A DNA stretch of 64,000 nucleotides. It comes from Parasitella parasitica NRRL 2501. Lineage: Eukaryota; Fungi; Mucoromycota. Of this stretch, positions 11,363 through 24,365 are shown in pieces; the first letter of the stretch is position 1, and every line of letters begins with the position of its first letter. The notes below the pieces were generated by a model. It saw only the letters and a list, made by a program, of their open reading frames with translations, was not told where the DNA came from and searched no databases. A program made the position numbers and the translations under genes. The DNA lies in the NCBI GenBank assembly GCA_025201805.1, contig MU619376.1, forward strand, positions 1 to 64,000. Reading direction: 5' to 3'.

Positions 11363-12617
11363 ATGTTGCGACAGCTTTCACGACTTGGTTTCAAGCCATT
11401 CAGCAGCAAGCGTGTGAGACACTGTGGAATACTGAAAAGACACTGTTATTAATTGGCTCTTAGATCATTTCCAAAAATGCTTTCACAGTTTTGCAGCACC
11501 AACGATTTGAATTTTCAGGGGTAAACAACAAACGGATTAGCGAAATATATAAGAAATCGATTGGACTAAGAAAAGGCAATAGACACTTGTAAATTTGTCC
11601 CAAAAAAACTTTCGTCAGGTTGGGATAGAAAAAGATGCGGGGGCATTGCAGGACTTACTTCGTAGAGTGATGGAAGTTGATGCAGACATTACTAAAACTC
11701 CAGTTGCAGGGTTTTCGCCTAAAGTAAGCACACTGTTAATCAAATGACAAGGATTAAGGCCAACGCTGTTACATAGACACAATCATGCATAGCCTATTGT
11801 TTGGCTGATGAATTCTCTTTGGAAGTTATCTCTAGAAAGTTCCCGTTTGGTGAATACGTTGTAACCAACACCTACGACGATATGCTGCACATTTCGAACA
11901 CAGTTTTGGGTGGAGACATACACATGTTCAACAATGGCATTGTATCATTCTGGGGCTTTGATCAAACTAACCAAGACAAATTTCTAAACAATTTTAGAAA
12001 ACACGAAAACGCAGTGTGTTTCACAGAAGCCAAGGAGACGGCAGAGTACGCAATTGATGAGGATGAGTAAAGCAGTATATTATATTTATGTAGTAGTTCA
12101 ACTTGGTTCTCATATTTGAATGTGTAGAGTAACGGACATGAAAGGCGATGTTATGATTTTGAACCCTCATATCCCACCAATCAATTTATCAAAGATTGCA
12201 TTTTCGTACGGGCTGGGACGAGCAGCAAAATTAAATAGTATAGAGCACTCCCTCAAAGATTATCTAGCAGAAATTAATGGGATTCCTGATGACTTTTGCA
12301 ATGCAGAGTGTACAGATGGGAGATTGAGCAATCGATTATTAACCGGAAAACTATTATGTATCCAACAAAGAATGGTAAAAGGATCTCGAGATGGGCTGTT
12401 GGGCACGTCAGATTTTCACTGGGCAAGGCCTGAATTAAAGGGATATGTGGACAAGATTTCAGCTAGGTTCGATGTGGCTGCAAGGATTGCAATCTTGAAC
12501 AAGCTAATAGGTAATCATAAGTAAGATGGGTCTCTGCCCTACAACTAATACATTAGGCTTGTAGAATATGCAAAAAGTGTCATCAATGCTGCCAAAGACC
12601 ATGATTTATTGAAATAA
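11363..12617 (+). CDS. RMD1/RMND1 (DUF155) family protein, multi-exon, apparently lacking the C-terminal TM segment
   Basis: AYCLADEF, IHMFNNGIVSFWGF, AFSYGLGRAAKL..IE, DFHWARPEL, FDVAARIAILNKL. The N-terminus MLRQLSRLGFKPFSSKR resembles a mitochondrial presequence. Confidence 0.7.
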
Positions 12618-13572
12618 AATGCTTGTCTTTAAAATCTCAATCCATGACATCACCGTAAAGCAAAAAAGTACCTTGATGCCTTATAACATGCGTTTGAGCA
12701 ATCTATGCTGTCCACATTTCAACTATCCACTATGCAAAACATATTGCAACGAGGCTAAACCTGCTTTATCTCTCTCTCTCTCTTTGTAGTCAGCAGCATC
12801 GCCATATTATGAATTCCAGGTCCTGTTGTTGAAAAAGAGCCTTTGCATTGTGCGCATGTCATACAATGCATCCGTGCCTTTTTTTTTTTTTTTTTTTTTC
12901 TGCTGGGGCTGTGACATCTAGAGACAGACAGTTGGATACCGTACTCAAATCTCAACTCGTTGTTGACACACCATATTTCCTGTCAAGCCGACGCAAACGC
13001 TTGCACTATTTTCAATTAGATCTATTCCAAGACGAATGCCTTGTTAACCAATATTCAATCCCATTCGTCAAGACTCGCGGCTTTCAATCTGCTGCATTTA
13101 CCCGTGTCAACCCACATCTTTTTGCTCAAACCGCAATCAAGAAAATCAGCACCACGGCTTTTGTCTGCGACATTATGGCACAATTATCAGCAAGAGGATT
13201 GGGCATCTACTGCAACTCACAGTAACGCTAAACCTTCTGAGAATAGAAAAATGGGTATTTCTTACAACAGCTGGCTCGACCATCTACCATTTTTGACTAC
13301 TCGAATTGAACACACCTATTAGTACTTGGCTTCTTTTTTGGTCCTGTGGCGAGTAAAACATCTTGCATAGGTGAATGGCTCAATTGACATTACGTAGCTT
13401 GCGGTATTTCAATGACTGCTTACAATACTGCCAGCTGCTAGTCCAAGTTTAAGAGGAATACATGGACAGGTACTATTTTGTGGTCTGGCATTGCAGCTGA
13501 TGCTGCGTGGTCTTCCATCGCAGTTTGATATATACTATTACTATAGACTTGATAAAAAAAGATACATTTTAT

Positions 13573-15145
13573 TTATTGGGGATAAGTGGGATAACCGTAT
13601 TGATCGTTTTGTTGCTGATTGTTGTTGGGCCTGTTTCCAGGAACTGAAGGAGCAAGTAGATATCCTGAATTACTAGACATGTCTGTTTGCTGATACCTAT
13701 TTTGAGATGGCTGGGGGAAACTAGGCATGTCAGATGTCGGGTAATCAGGATTTGAAGCTGGATAGCTGGGCATTTGATTAACAGGAGCAGAGGGAGAGCC
13801 AGGTAATTGTTGATAGTTGCTATAGTTAGATGATGGTGAATAAGGTGACACCTGTTGAGAAGGAAAACTGGGTGGCGATTGCGGAGGATGTGCATAGTTG
13901 GAAGATGGTTGAGGAATTGGTGGGTAGGCTGAAGCAAGTGGATAACCGCTTGAATTAGCTGGAGGCGAGAAAGAAGATGTAGCATTGGCAGGAATAGGTT
14001 CAGGAAAACTAGATGGGGAAGGTGCTTGTCCTTGTTGAGCACTTGGAGGAGGATAGACGTCCTTTCTAGGTGGAGGTGGAGGGTAATTGTTTGAAGATGG
14101 TGCTTGGCCGGGTTGGGCAGGAGGAGGAGCAATGGGAGTGCCGCCATAGAATGAGCCGTAGTTAGCTAATAAAGGATCAATGCGAGAATTGCCGGCAGCA
14201 TTGGTAGTAGAAGAAGCCGGTATGTTGCTCCCAACGCCAGCAATCTTGTTGTTCTCGGGCACCTTTTTCAATTCTGGAGGTACGCCCGGTTCAGCAGCGT
14301 AACCAGGTCTCGGCTGGCCAAATCCTTCTTTTTTATGCAATGGCACACTAGTGGTAGCCATGTTCAAGGCATTTTCGAATTGGTGGTAGGGTTCAAACTG
14401 CCATAATTGATTCAAATTATCCGTCTCCTTTCGTTTGTACAGTAAAACTTGAGCGCCGCCTTTGGCACTATCCCCCTAAGAATACATGTTGGTATTCCAA
14501 CACATGGCAAAGGGATTCGTACTTACTCGAATATCAAGAACAAGACTGGGATATTCTTTTGAACAGATAAAGCCGTTCTCATAGACCCACTACTCTATCA
14601 TCAATACCAGCCATTACTCGTTGCATAAATACCCTTTTACCTCTTGAGATTGCTTGTTCGGTTTGATCTTTTTTTGAACGATTGATTTATCAGATTTGAA
14701 AGCGCCTACCAATCAATATAAAAAAATTGGAAATTACACCAAAAACGGTTTACTTACGTGAACTAATATCCATGGCTTTTGAAAAAAAAAAAAAAAAATG
14801 CAGAGCTTAGTGAATGATATCATTCTTATCGCACAGGCTACTTACCGTGACCAGATTTTTTGTTGACCAATTTGCCTTTGTCATAGGACCAAAGTCTAAA
14901 CAAGCAAGAATCACTTCTAGGCCCCATTCTGATCACAAACCCAACTTACTGGTTATCACTGTCTTGGAACTTTTGAGGCCATACGATTATATTGGCATCA
15001 TCCTGTGCAAAAGTGATGGAAAGCCGTCAATGGAGGGCTTCTTAATCTTTTCAAAACGAAAATGATGAATTACCTTTGTCTGACCATCAAAAACATCAAG
15101 CGCAAAACCGTGCTTGCGAGACAAAATATAAAAATATCCTTCAGG

Positions 15146-15150
<5 letters not shown>
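13573..15150 (-). CDS. Ricin-B/CBM13 beta-trefoil lectin domain protein with Pro/Ser/Gln-rich C-terminus (start obscured by homopolymer run)
   Basis: FPEGYFYILSRKHGFALDV, IIVWPQK..DNQ, SLVLDIRG..GAQVLLY..DNLNQLW (QxW repeats). Several short introns. Confidence 0.75.
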
Positions 15151-15229
<79 letters not shown>

Positions 15230-15646
15230 GGAAAAAAAGAGAAAAGAGGAGTAGTTGATTGTTGAGTTCGAGTTTTTATACGAATATTTGTGCGGCAATT
15301 TAATAAATCACAATGTTGAGCACCACACTGCACTAGCCACGCATTTTATGAGACATGCTCTCGTTCAGGCTTTTCAGCTGGGCAATCGCAAATATTCTAT
15401 TAAATGACACGTACATCGTTTTGCGATTTTTCAATTTCATGTGTAATTTGATAATGTTAGTGTTTATTAATAAACAATGGCTAATGTGTAACTTGCTTTG
15501 TTTGGAAGTCAACACCTCCTAATAAAAGAGGTGCATTTTATGCTCTTTTGATCCACAATGAACTTTTTTCCAGGAAAAATGGCGACGATAATTTACTTGA
15601 ATCTAAACCTTTTTGGGAGCAAGAAAATTATGGAGTCACTGGAGTA

Positions 15647-17358
15647 CTAAAACACAATGAAATAGATGGCGATACTGGATGCCAGCATTAGGTTCATGAT
15701 TTTACAAGTCCTTATTAAACCCAAAGATGACAGACCACCATCGTTAGCTAGTGCATTCATGACATCAGTATCTAAAAAGCCAAAGCCTGAGAAAGTCGCA
15801 TTCGTAGTAACACCGCCTGTTGCACTTGAATTTCCACCGGTGGCATAGCCAGGAAGCGTGATCAGTAGTAATTTATTAACTCGAGTGGAAGGTGCTTGTG
15901 ATCCCCAGATCCAGTCGTCCGTGCTATAAGCAGGAGCGCCAGCTAAAGCGGTAGGATCGATGCCAGTAGTCCATGCAGCTGTCATTCCCGAGGATGCATC
16001 AGAAATGTTGACAGTAGGCTGATATTCTGAACGGCCCTGAGTATAGTCGCCAATGGATAGACCATACGTCAAATTGGTCTTGATTTTGTTGGCGACATCC
16101 AGAGGCGTTGTTATGTTGACGTCAAAATTGACGGGAGTTGCAGCTTTGGTTGACAATAGCTGAACCACACCCAAACGAGCATTAGGGTGTGCGTTTGCTA
16201 CAGTGACAGGGAATCCTTCTACGCTAAAGTCATATTGAAGAGAGTTTGGCTGCATGATGATGGGAGCTGTGTTGTTTAATTGCAAATTACTGGTTCTATA
16301 GATAATGCGAATAGTGAGATTAGAATTGTCAGCAGACATGTTGCCGCCAGTATTATTGTAGACAACATTCGCAGTTGTGCCGGTCTGGAGGTAGGATTGT
16401 GTAGCGTTGTTGGGAACAGTGAGATTTGTCACTTGGAACGGCTGCCATGCCAGATTCTGCAATGAAGTGACTGAATAAATCGGCTCGTTTGCATCATAGA
16501 ATCCATTTTGGTTGGCATCTTCGAACTCAATGACGTGAGAAAACTGTAAACGATAGACAAAATCAGCATCGCGAGCATTGTGGTCTGAAGAGCTAAAGAA
16601 TGCATGATCGACCATAGGGTACTGGTTGTTTGTACTAATGTTGAAAGAATAGTGGTAATTATCATCCTTTCCAGAGTTGGTTGTGCCATTGATGACCGCA
16701 TTTTGGGTATTACTGCCTTGTTCGGTTAGCTGTGGTGCATAATAATAGCCGTTATTTTGGTTGTAGCGATGATATGCTGAATTATATCCGTAAAAGAGAA
16801 AGGGCGGCAGAATTGCAAAGTAGAGCAATGATGGATTATAAAATCCTGTATATCCGTATCTAGAGGCTGAGCTATATCCTCCAGAATAAGCGGGGGGATA
16901 GTTGGAATATGTCGCTAAATGTGAAATCCATTGTTAGCCTATATACTTGCAATGTACCTAATACGGTTCTAAAGCTTACATCGTGTGCTAGCATAGTAGG
17001 GAGGCGGTGCTCCACCAAAACCCCCACTTCCGCCCTTGGATGACACCGTTTTGGAAGTAGATCCTGTGCCTATGATTACATGTCAATAGACATTAAGTTA
17101 TGCCCTTATTCAAGCCTACCTGCTACACCTTGGCCTGTACTTCCAGTGCGAGTTCCACTACTGGATCCTCCACTTCTACTGGATCCTCCACTGGATCCTC
17201 CACTGGATCCTCCACCTCTACCGCCGCCCCCACCTTTGGCAAGAACGGCTATGCAAAACAAATAGCTGATAAATACAATACTGAGCGACAATAATGACAT
17301 GCGACTTACCAAGTGTACAATATATCAGCCCAATGGCTGTTTTCAAAATAAGCTTCAT
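15647..17358 (-). CDS. Secreted/surface protein with signal peptide, Gly/Ser-rich N-terminus and hydrophobic C-terminus
   Basis: MKLILKTAIGLIYCTL^AVLAKGGGGGRGGGSSGG..., long final exon with many N-x-S/T sites, ends LMLASSIAIYFIVF. Confidence 0.7.
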
Positions 17359-18373
17359 TGAAATATATATAAATCTATTTTTTTTTTATTTTTTTTTTTC
17401 ACTCTGTTAAAGAAAGAAAACTGTGAAAAATGAAGAAGAAAAAAGAAAAGAAGCTTTATAATGGGGAAACAGAAGTCCAAGAACAAGCTGCTGGTGTTAC
17501 TTGCCTATTTGGTCAAGTTTCGTACCTTTTTAGCTGCTAAGCAAGGGATATCACAAGGCTGGTGAATGTGTAACAGCGCTTCTGCGCTCCACGGTATTCT
17601 GCCAAAATACAGTGATTTTCATACAATTGTCCTACGCCACGCCGTATTCGAATGGCATGCTTAGCCTTTTGAATCTTTTTGCATTGACATGACAAAAATT
17701 GAGATGAGACCAAGTAGACGCAATAAAATTTTCTCAGCTTAGCATGATGTCTTCATTGTGTGCTTCATTCTTTTGTTTCTCGTGAGCATATACAAGATAA
17801 AAATAAGCACGTAAACATAGCATACAACGATTATTTGATGCACCTCTGAGGCCTTAAATCAACCAAGAAGCCCGTAAATTATTCCTTCAAAATCACCGAA
17901 AGCTTTTTATCTCTACTCTTTATGGCCGTCAAATTTTTTCCATTCCACTCAAGAACTGTTTTATTTATGATGGTTTTTTTTTTTTTCGGGAAAGTCAACT
18001 TACTGAATTCTAAACATCAATACTTGTCAGAATTATTACAGTCATTACTAAATTCTTTTCTTTGGATATATTGTAGCATTTTAGTACACTAAATAAAGCT
18101 TATTTTCTTCAGTTAACGTTCGCTACATACTCAGAAAGGAGTATAAAGCTATCATTCTTTTGTTACGATCTAGTATGCGAGTTGAAATCTCTCAAGTTAA
18201 ATCTACTTGACATATAATACAAATTTAAAAGCTGTTTCGCGACTCGGGTTGATTACACTCTAACGCAAAGATTGAAAATTGATTTGTAGCATATATGTTA
18301 TGTATATAAAGAAGCTGACCAATTCCTGTAATTAATTAAATGGTTTATATAAATATATGAGAATGCGATAAAA

Positions 18374-20320
18374 TTACATCAAGAATTTGAGCGTCGTAGC
18401 AAGTGCAATCACAATGGTCGTCAAAGAGTTGACAAGATTGGCTACAGCATTATTGGTTTTTTTCTTGGAATTATTTACGACACAATCAACAGAGCATTGA
18501 AATGCTAAACTTTGAGGGTTGTTTACGATGCTTTGATCAGGGCAAGATTGAAATTGATTTGGAGTCATATAACAGTATCCGAGAGCAGGGGCTGCCATTG
18601 AAGAAGGAAATTGACCATTCAATGCATTAAAGTTGAGACTAAGATGTTCGAGCTTGGTGAGTTGATCGATTTGGCTGGGTATAGGGCCTGTGATGATGTT
18701 GTGCCCGAGGTTCCTAAATCGAGTATTGGAGATTATTTCGCCAAGATCGAACAGATGTCTACTTACAATCTTTTGACATTAGTAATCTGGCCCAATTTTG
18801 GTGATAAAGTACCAGTCAATCTGTTGTTGGACAAATCTCTACATTAAATTTATGTTAGACGTCGAATATTGCAATTGTGTAAGAGACATACAAGACTTCC
18901 AGTTTTAGCAATGAATATATCTCTTCAGGAATAGATCCATTTAACATTTGGTGTGACATGACCCTGCGCTCATTTTACATAAGTTTGCATCTATTCAAAA
19001 CATGATGAAAAAAGAAAAAAAAAATTTTTCTTACAAGGATTGCAAATTTGTCATATTGCCGATAGAAGCAGGAATATTTCCAAGCAAATGGTTACCTTTG
19101 ATATTTCTATATGAGGTATAAGAGTTTGTAATTCCATCATCATGTATCATCAACTCACAGTTGAACCAAACCAGAAACACTGCCTAAATCAATAGGTAAA
19201 AAGCCATTCAAAGCGTTGTTGTCTAGATAGCTGTAATTGAATGATAAATACCGACTTATCTTGATCATGAAAAATAACAACTTACAGGGATCGAAGAGAT
19301 GAAATCTGAGTGATTACTGTTGGGAATGGACCTGTCAAATTATTGTTGCCAAGATACAAGTTTTCAAGTGATTCCATGCTTTTCCAAGAGTCTGGAATAG
19401 TCCCAGTAAACGAATTATTTTTGAGATGACTGTGTGTATATTTGGGTATCACCCAGGTGTGAGATAATTGAGCATGACTATCTCATAGATAACCGACACT
19501 TACATGTTTGTTAAATTTACAAGGTTGCTAAAACCGGAGGGAAGGCCACCAGAAATCGAATTTACATCTAAATTACTACGTAGATAGATGTTTACTCAAG
19601 TGTAAATAAAGCGTTGCGCTTCAGCATCTTACATTGACTTTAAACTGGCAAGATTTGCAATTGTTGCGGGCAAAGGTCCAGATATGTTGTTGTTACTCAA
19701 ATCGCTATTAAAATTATTTAGACGCCACTTTTTCAAAAAAAAAAAAAATCTATTTCCAATATGTTACATATTCTGAATATCTGGCAGTTGATCAAAATTG
19801 TTTGGGAGCTGCCCTACAAGATTATTGTATGCAAGATCACTTGAGGGGGGGGGGGGGGGAAGGGGGATTAGCGTTCAATGCAAGGGGCTCGTAGATAAGA
19901 AGCTCACATCTTTAATACCTGTCCAATGCTGTTGCAATGAACATTGTACCAACTACAACATGTGGACATATCGGTAGAATCCCATCCAGTTCGGACGATC
20001 CATGCATTACCGTTCAATGATTTATACAATTGCTGCAAATTTTGACATACAGTGGGATTCACAGTTTTATTGACAGCTGGCATCTCGGATTCAGTGAATG
20101 TCGATTGAGCTTCTTGGTCAGATGCAGTTGTTGATGTGGCGGGTTCTGCTGTTGATGAAGTGCCAAGTTCCGTCTCCAGAGCTGTCGTGGTGGAAGTCGC
20201 TTGACTTTCGATGGCTGAAGATGCGTCTGACATGGTTGTGTCATCGTCACCACTATCGTCCTCTTGGCAAACGGCGAAAGCTATGAAAAAGAGCAAAATA
20301 ATTAAAATGTTACTTTTCAT
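18374..20320 (-). CDS. Extracellular LRR receptor-like protein (signal peptide, Ser/Thr stalk, LRRNT cap, 24-aa plant-type LRRs, GPI/TM-like tail)
   Basis: CCSWYNVHC cap, repeated LxxNxLxGxI/LP motifs, 72-nt exons, hydrophobic C-terminus. Confidence 0.85.
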
Positions 20321-20632
20321 TTCAAAGCAAGAAGAAAGAAAAACAAGATGGGGAGAGAAAGAGAGAAAGAGAGAAAGAGAGAAAACAAGACATGATTTTT
20401 TTTTTTAAAAATAGATATCTTTAGAAAGGGGCATAGCAACAAATCCAAGGAACCAGAAGCCATCAAAACAAATTCTAGCCTGTGACCGGGATGAGATGGC
20501 CACACGTGGAAAATTACAAGGTATTTATAACCATCACCATCATCCGCCACGGCTTTCTCCCCTTTTAAACTATATTGCCAACAGCTACATAGCAACAACA
20601 ACAACAGCAGCAACAGCAACGCAGTAATTACA

Positions 20633-21291
20633 ATGTCCGAAGTAACCATCAGAATTGGCATTCTTAATGCTAAAAACCTTGCTGCAGCGTAAGACATCAC
20701 AATGGTAGATTTTGTGCTTATTTGTTTATCGGCTCTATCATACAATCTAGTGATAAAACAGGCTTCTCAGATCCCTACGTTGTAATGAGAGTAAAGTAAG
20801 TGATTTTGGGCCACTAAAGCTTGCATACAAACGATGATCAATATATAGCAACAAAAAGTACAAGACAAAGTCTATCAAACAGACATTAGATCCTGTATGG
20901 GATGCCCATTTCGACATACAAGTGTCCCCCAAAAAGACACCCACTTTGTTGTCATTCACTGTCTGGGATAAGGATACATTTGGAAGAGATTTCCTTGGTG
21001 AAATAACAATTCCGTTCAAAAACATTTTTGATAGAAACAATCAAGGCGTGTCAGATGGTGTAGCGAGAAACTACAAGGATCCCAACAACTTTGAAGCTTA
21101 TTATCAATTGGCAAAGAGGAGCGAAAAGAACAATGTATCTGGAGATCTCTGCCTGAAGTTTGGCATACTTGAGGACCGTGTTGGAGATGTCAAGAGGTAA
21201 TGTTGATTGACTGATACTACAAAAGACCGCTTTTTTCTAATTGTGCAAATACTTTAGATATGCTGATGCTTGGCAAGTATTGAATGCGTAA
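20633..21291 (+). CDS. Small C2-domain protein
   Basis: AKNLAA..D..GFSDPYVV, KTKSIKQTLDPVW, FTVWDKDTFGRDFLGEITI. Three short introns. Confidence 0.8.
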
Positions 21292-22438
21292 CTCTTTTAT
21301 ATATATGCACAGAGCATGCATTCTTTTAGATATCGTTTATTTATACCATCATCCTCTATATATATATATACAGTATTCCAAATTTATTTTTAGACATGAT
21401 TGTACCACATTTTGCACTTGGCTTTCATGTTCAGTTTATTAAAGTAATTTGAATGATAAATTTGACCATATTGTCTATAATCGTGATTCTACTTTATGCT
21501 CTGCCGAAAAATCGGTTTAGTATACAGTAGTCAGACTCGGATTAAAGCCCGTATTACCATTTCTCCACTATGGATAACTCCTCGAATTCTTCAGTTTTTG
21601 ATGTGACATTGTCCTTGACAGCTATAAACGAATCACTGAAGTCAGAGCCTGGTGAAAGGAAAACTAGCATTCTGTACCATATATACCCTTTTATTAGATC
21701 ATGACTTCATGCTCCTCTTTGTACGAATGAGTTTATCAATCATATGTGTAGGGTTACTTTTTCTCTGGGGGTGCATCGGAATATGGTGTACCGGCAATCT
21801 CCGCAGAGCTATAGCTATTATCAGCATCAAATTCTGAAAATATTATATCATGGATAGTGAGTTTCCTAGCAGAATGAGTATTTCCAAGACCAGCATGACA
21901 CTGGGGGATTCATCATTAACAATGGATTTAATTGTAGAATGAGAGTCGCTGGAAACAGCATCGCCATCACCATCGCTGAAGCTGAGCAATTCCGTTTTCC
22001 TGGTATTTGCATAATCAAAAGTAACAATGGCAAACTTTTGTGAGGCTTCTTGCCATTTTCTTGTTTTAGATTTTCCAACAAGCGACACACTGGCTTTTCA
22101 TATAAAAATTGCATATAAACAACGCTAATAGGCTTCGATAAAGAGCAAAATATAGATTAATTTACATTTGGCTGACATTGACGAATTGTACTTATTGTAG
22201 AGCCCTTGATAAAAAATAAGAATATAATCGACATCTCTAAAGACAAATTTTGGGACAAAAATGTTTAGGGAAGGGGAATCTTTGGATAAATTATTCTCTT
22301 GTTTTGCATCCGGAAACTACACCTATGCGGAGGTAATGGCTAACAGATTCAATTGAAACCCAGGACCATGAGTCATTTTATTGAGAACAACTGTGGAAAA
22401 GCTTCTGGTTAGTTTTTTACTCTTCCCACGCAAACACA

Positions 22439-23992
22439 ATGAGTTCAGATCGTAAAACCTGGAGTATCAAAGCATCAAAAACTGCCAATCAAGCGAGCAA
22501 CCCTATTAGAGCGATTGTTGATAAACTAAAGTTGAATCCTAATGCTACAAAGCCCCTCATCAGTTTGTCAATCGGTAAGGCCACGAAATGAGCAGAGACT
22601 TGAATTTTTGACACATTTAAATAGGTGATCCTACTATCTTTGGTAATTTCAATGTTGATCCTAGTATCAATGATGCCGTTGCCAAGCAATTGAACAGTTT
22701 CAAGTCTAATGGCTATCCACCTGCTGATGGTAAGCAACTTCATCATAGCCGTTGCAATGAAATGTTGACCAAAATCTGCTATAGGTACATTGGCTGCACG
22801 TACGGCCGTTGCCCAAGTCAATAACGACCCTACTGCACCATTGACAGCCGATGATGTTATCTTGGCTAACGGTTGCTCTGGCGCACTCGAAATGTGTATC
22901 AATGTGCTTTGCAATGATGGTCAAAATATTCTTTTGCCTCGCCCTGGGTTCTCGCTTTACGCATCAGTGGCTGCCACTCGTTTTGTCGAGCCTAGGTACT
23001 ATGATTTGGTGGTAACAGGAGCATACAACAATATATCTTGCATTTAATACTGACGTGCCTGTTTTGTAGCCCGAGAATAACTGGGAAGCGGATCTATTGC
23101 AGATGGAATCTTTGATCGATGATAAAACAAGTGCAATCCTTGTCAACAAGTAAATATACGTGCATCCAAATGGTTGTGGATTGAAGCTANNNNNNNNNNN
23201 NNNNNNNNNNNNNNNNNNNNNNNNAAAAAAAAAAAAAAAAAAAGCCCTTCCAATCCTTGCGGTTCTGTTTACTCTCGTCAGCATCTGGAAGCTATTTTAG
23301 AAATTGCCGAAAAATACCACGTTCCCGTCATTGCTGATGAAATCTATTGCGATCTTGTCTTTGAGGGCAACAAGTTTTATCCTATGGCTACCTTGACGTC
23401 GACTGTGCCAATTTTAGCAGTCGGTGGTCTCGCAAAAAAATGGCTTGTTCCTGGATGGAGAGTTGGGTGGATTTTGATTCATGACCGTAACAATGTGTTT
23501 GCTGAAGTCAACGCTGGCCTTCATCAGCTGGCTCAAATTATTCTAGGCCCCAATTCTCTTATTCAAGCTGCTATCCCGGATATCCTTGAGAAAACGCCCG
23601 AGTCTTTCTTTAAAGACACTATCAAACAGCTCGAAAAAAATGTCGAGCTGAGCATAAGGGAAGTATCCAAGATTGATGGCATGGTACCTGTTAATCCTCA
23701 AGGAGCCATGTATATGATGGTGCGCATTCAAGTCGAAAAGTTCAAGGATATTGAGTCTGATGTAGATTTCAGTGCTAAATTATTGGACGAGGAAAATGTC
23801 GTTTGTCTTCCAGGAGAGGTATATAATATGGAGCACTGTTTGAAGAATCGAGACAGTAATAACTGATTCTGATCTATTTTATAGTGTTTCAAGTATCCTA
23901 ATTTTGTCAGATTTGTCATTACTCCTACATATGATCGTCTGGAAGAGGCTTACAAGAGAATGGACGAGTTTTGTGCAAGACATCGCAAATAG
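22439..23992 (+). CDS. Tyrosine aminotransferase (PLP class I/II)
   Basis: SIGDPT, GCSGALEM, PSNPCGSVY, IADEIY, GGLAKKWLVPGWRVGW, PQGAMYMM. Confidence 0.9.
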
Positions 23993-24365
23993 GCTTTATA
24001 CAGAATTAAACCGCACAGACCCTTAAAATTTCTTGTATAAAAAAGATGATAGTGAAGGAGGAGTTTATGGATACAAACTATTTTTAAAAGCTACAAGTAT
24101 AAAACAAAACCAAGGAGACTTATTATATACATGATTTTTTGGCTCCTATAAAACGCTGTTGCATAGCAACATGTATATATATAAAAACTACCCCCCCCTC
24201 CTTGAGGCACCAGATACAGTACTCCTAATCTAAGCTATCTTCAACTTAGCTTCGCAAATAGGAGTAAAGCAAAGAGCGGATCAGTCTGCTGTAGAGGATG
24301 TTATATACGATCTTTTGCCTTTCTTCTTTTCTTTCTTCATTTCCCTGTCTATAAGCAATCCAGAA

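Noticed and set aside
12755-13322. Overlapping short ORFs between the DUF155 gene and the lectin gene
   Set aside because: No consistent exon structure or recognisable motif.
15146-15226. 81-nt poly(A) giving poly-K / poly-F ORFs
   Set aside because: It runs straight into the lectin coding sequence with no start codon or splice acceptor. Most likely a homopolymer or gap-fill artefact.
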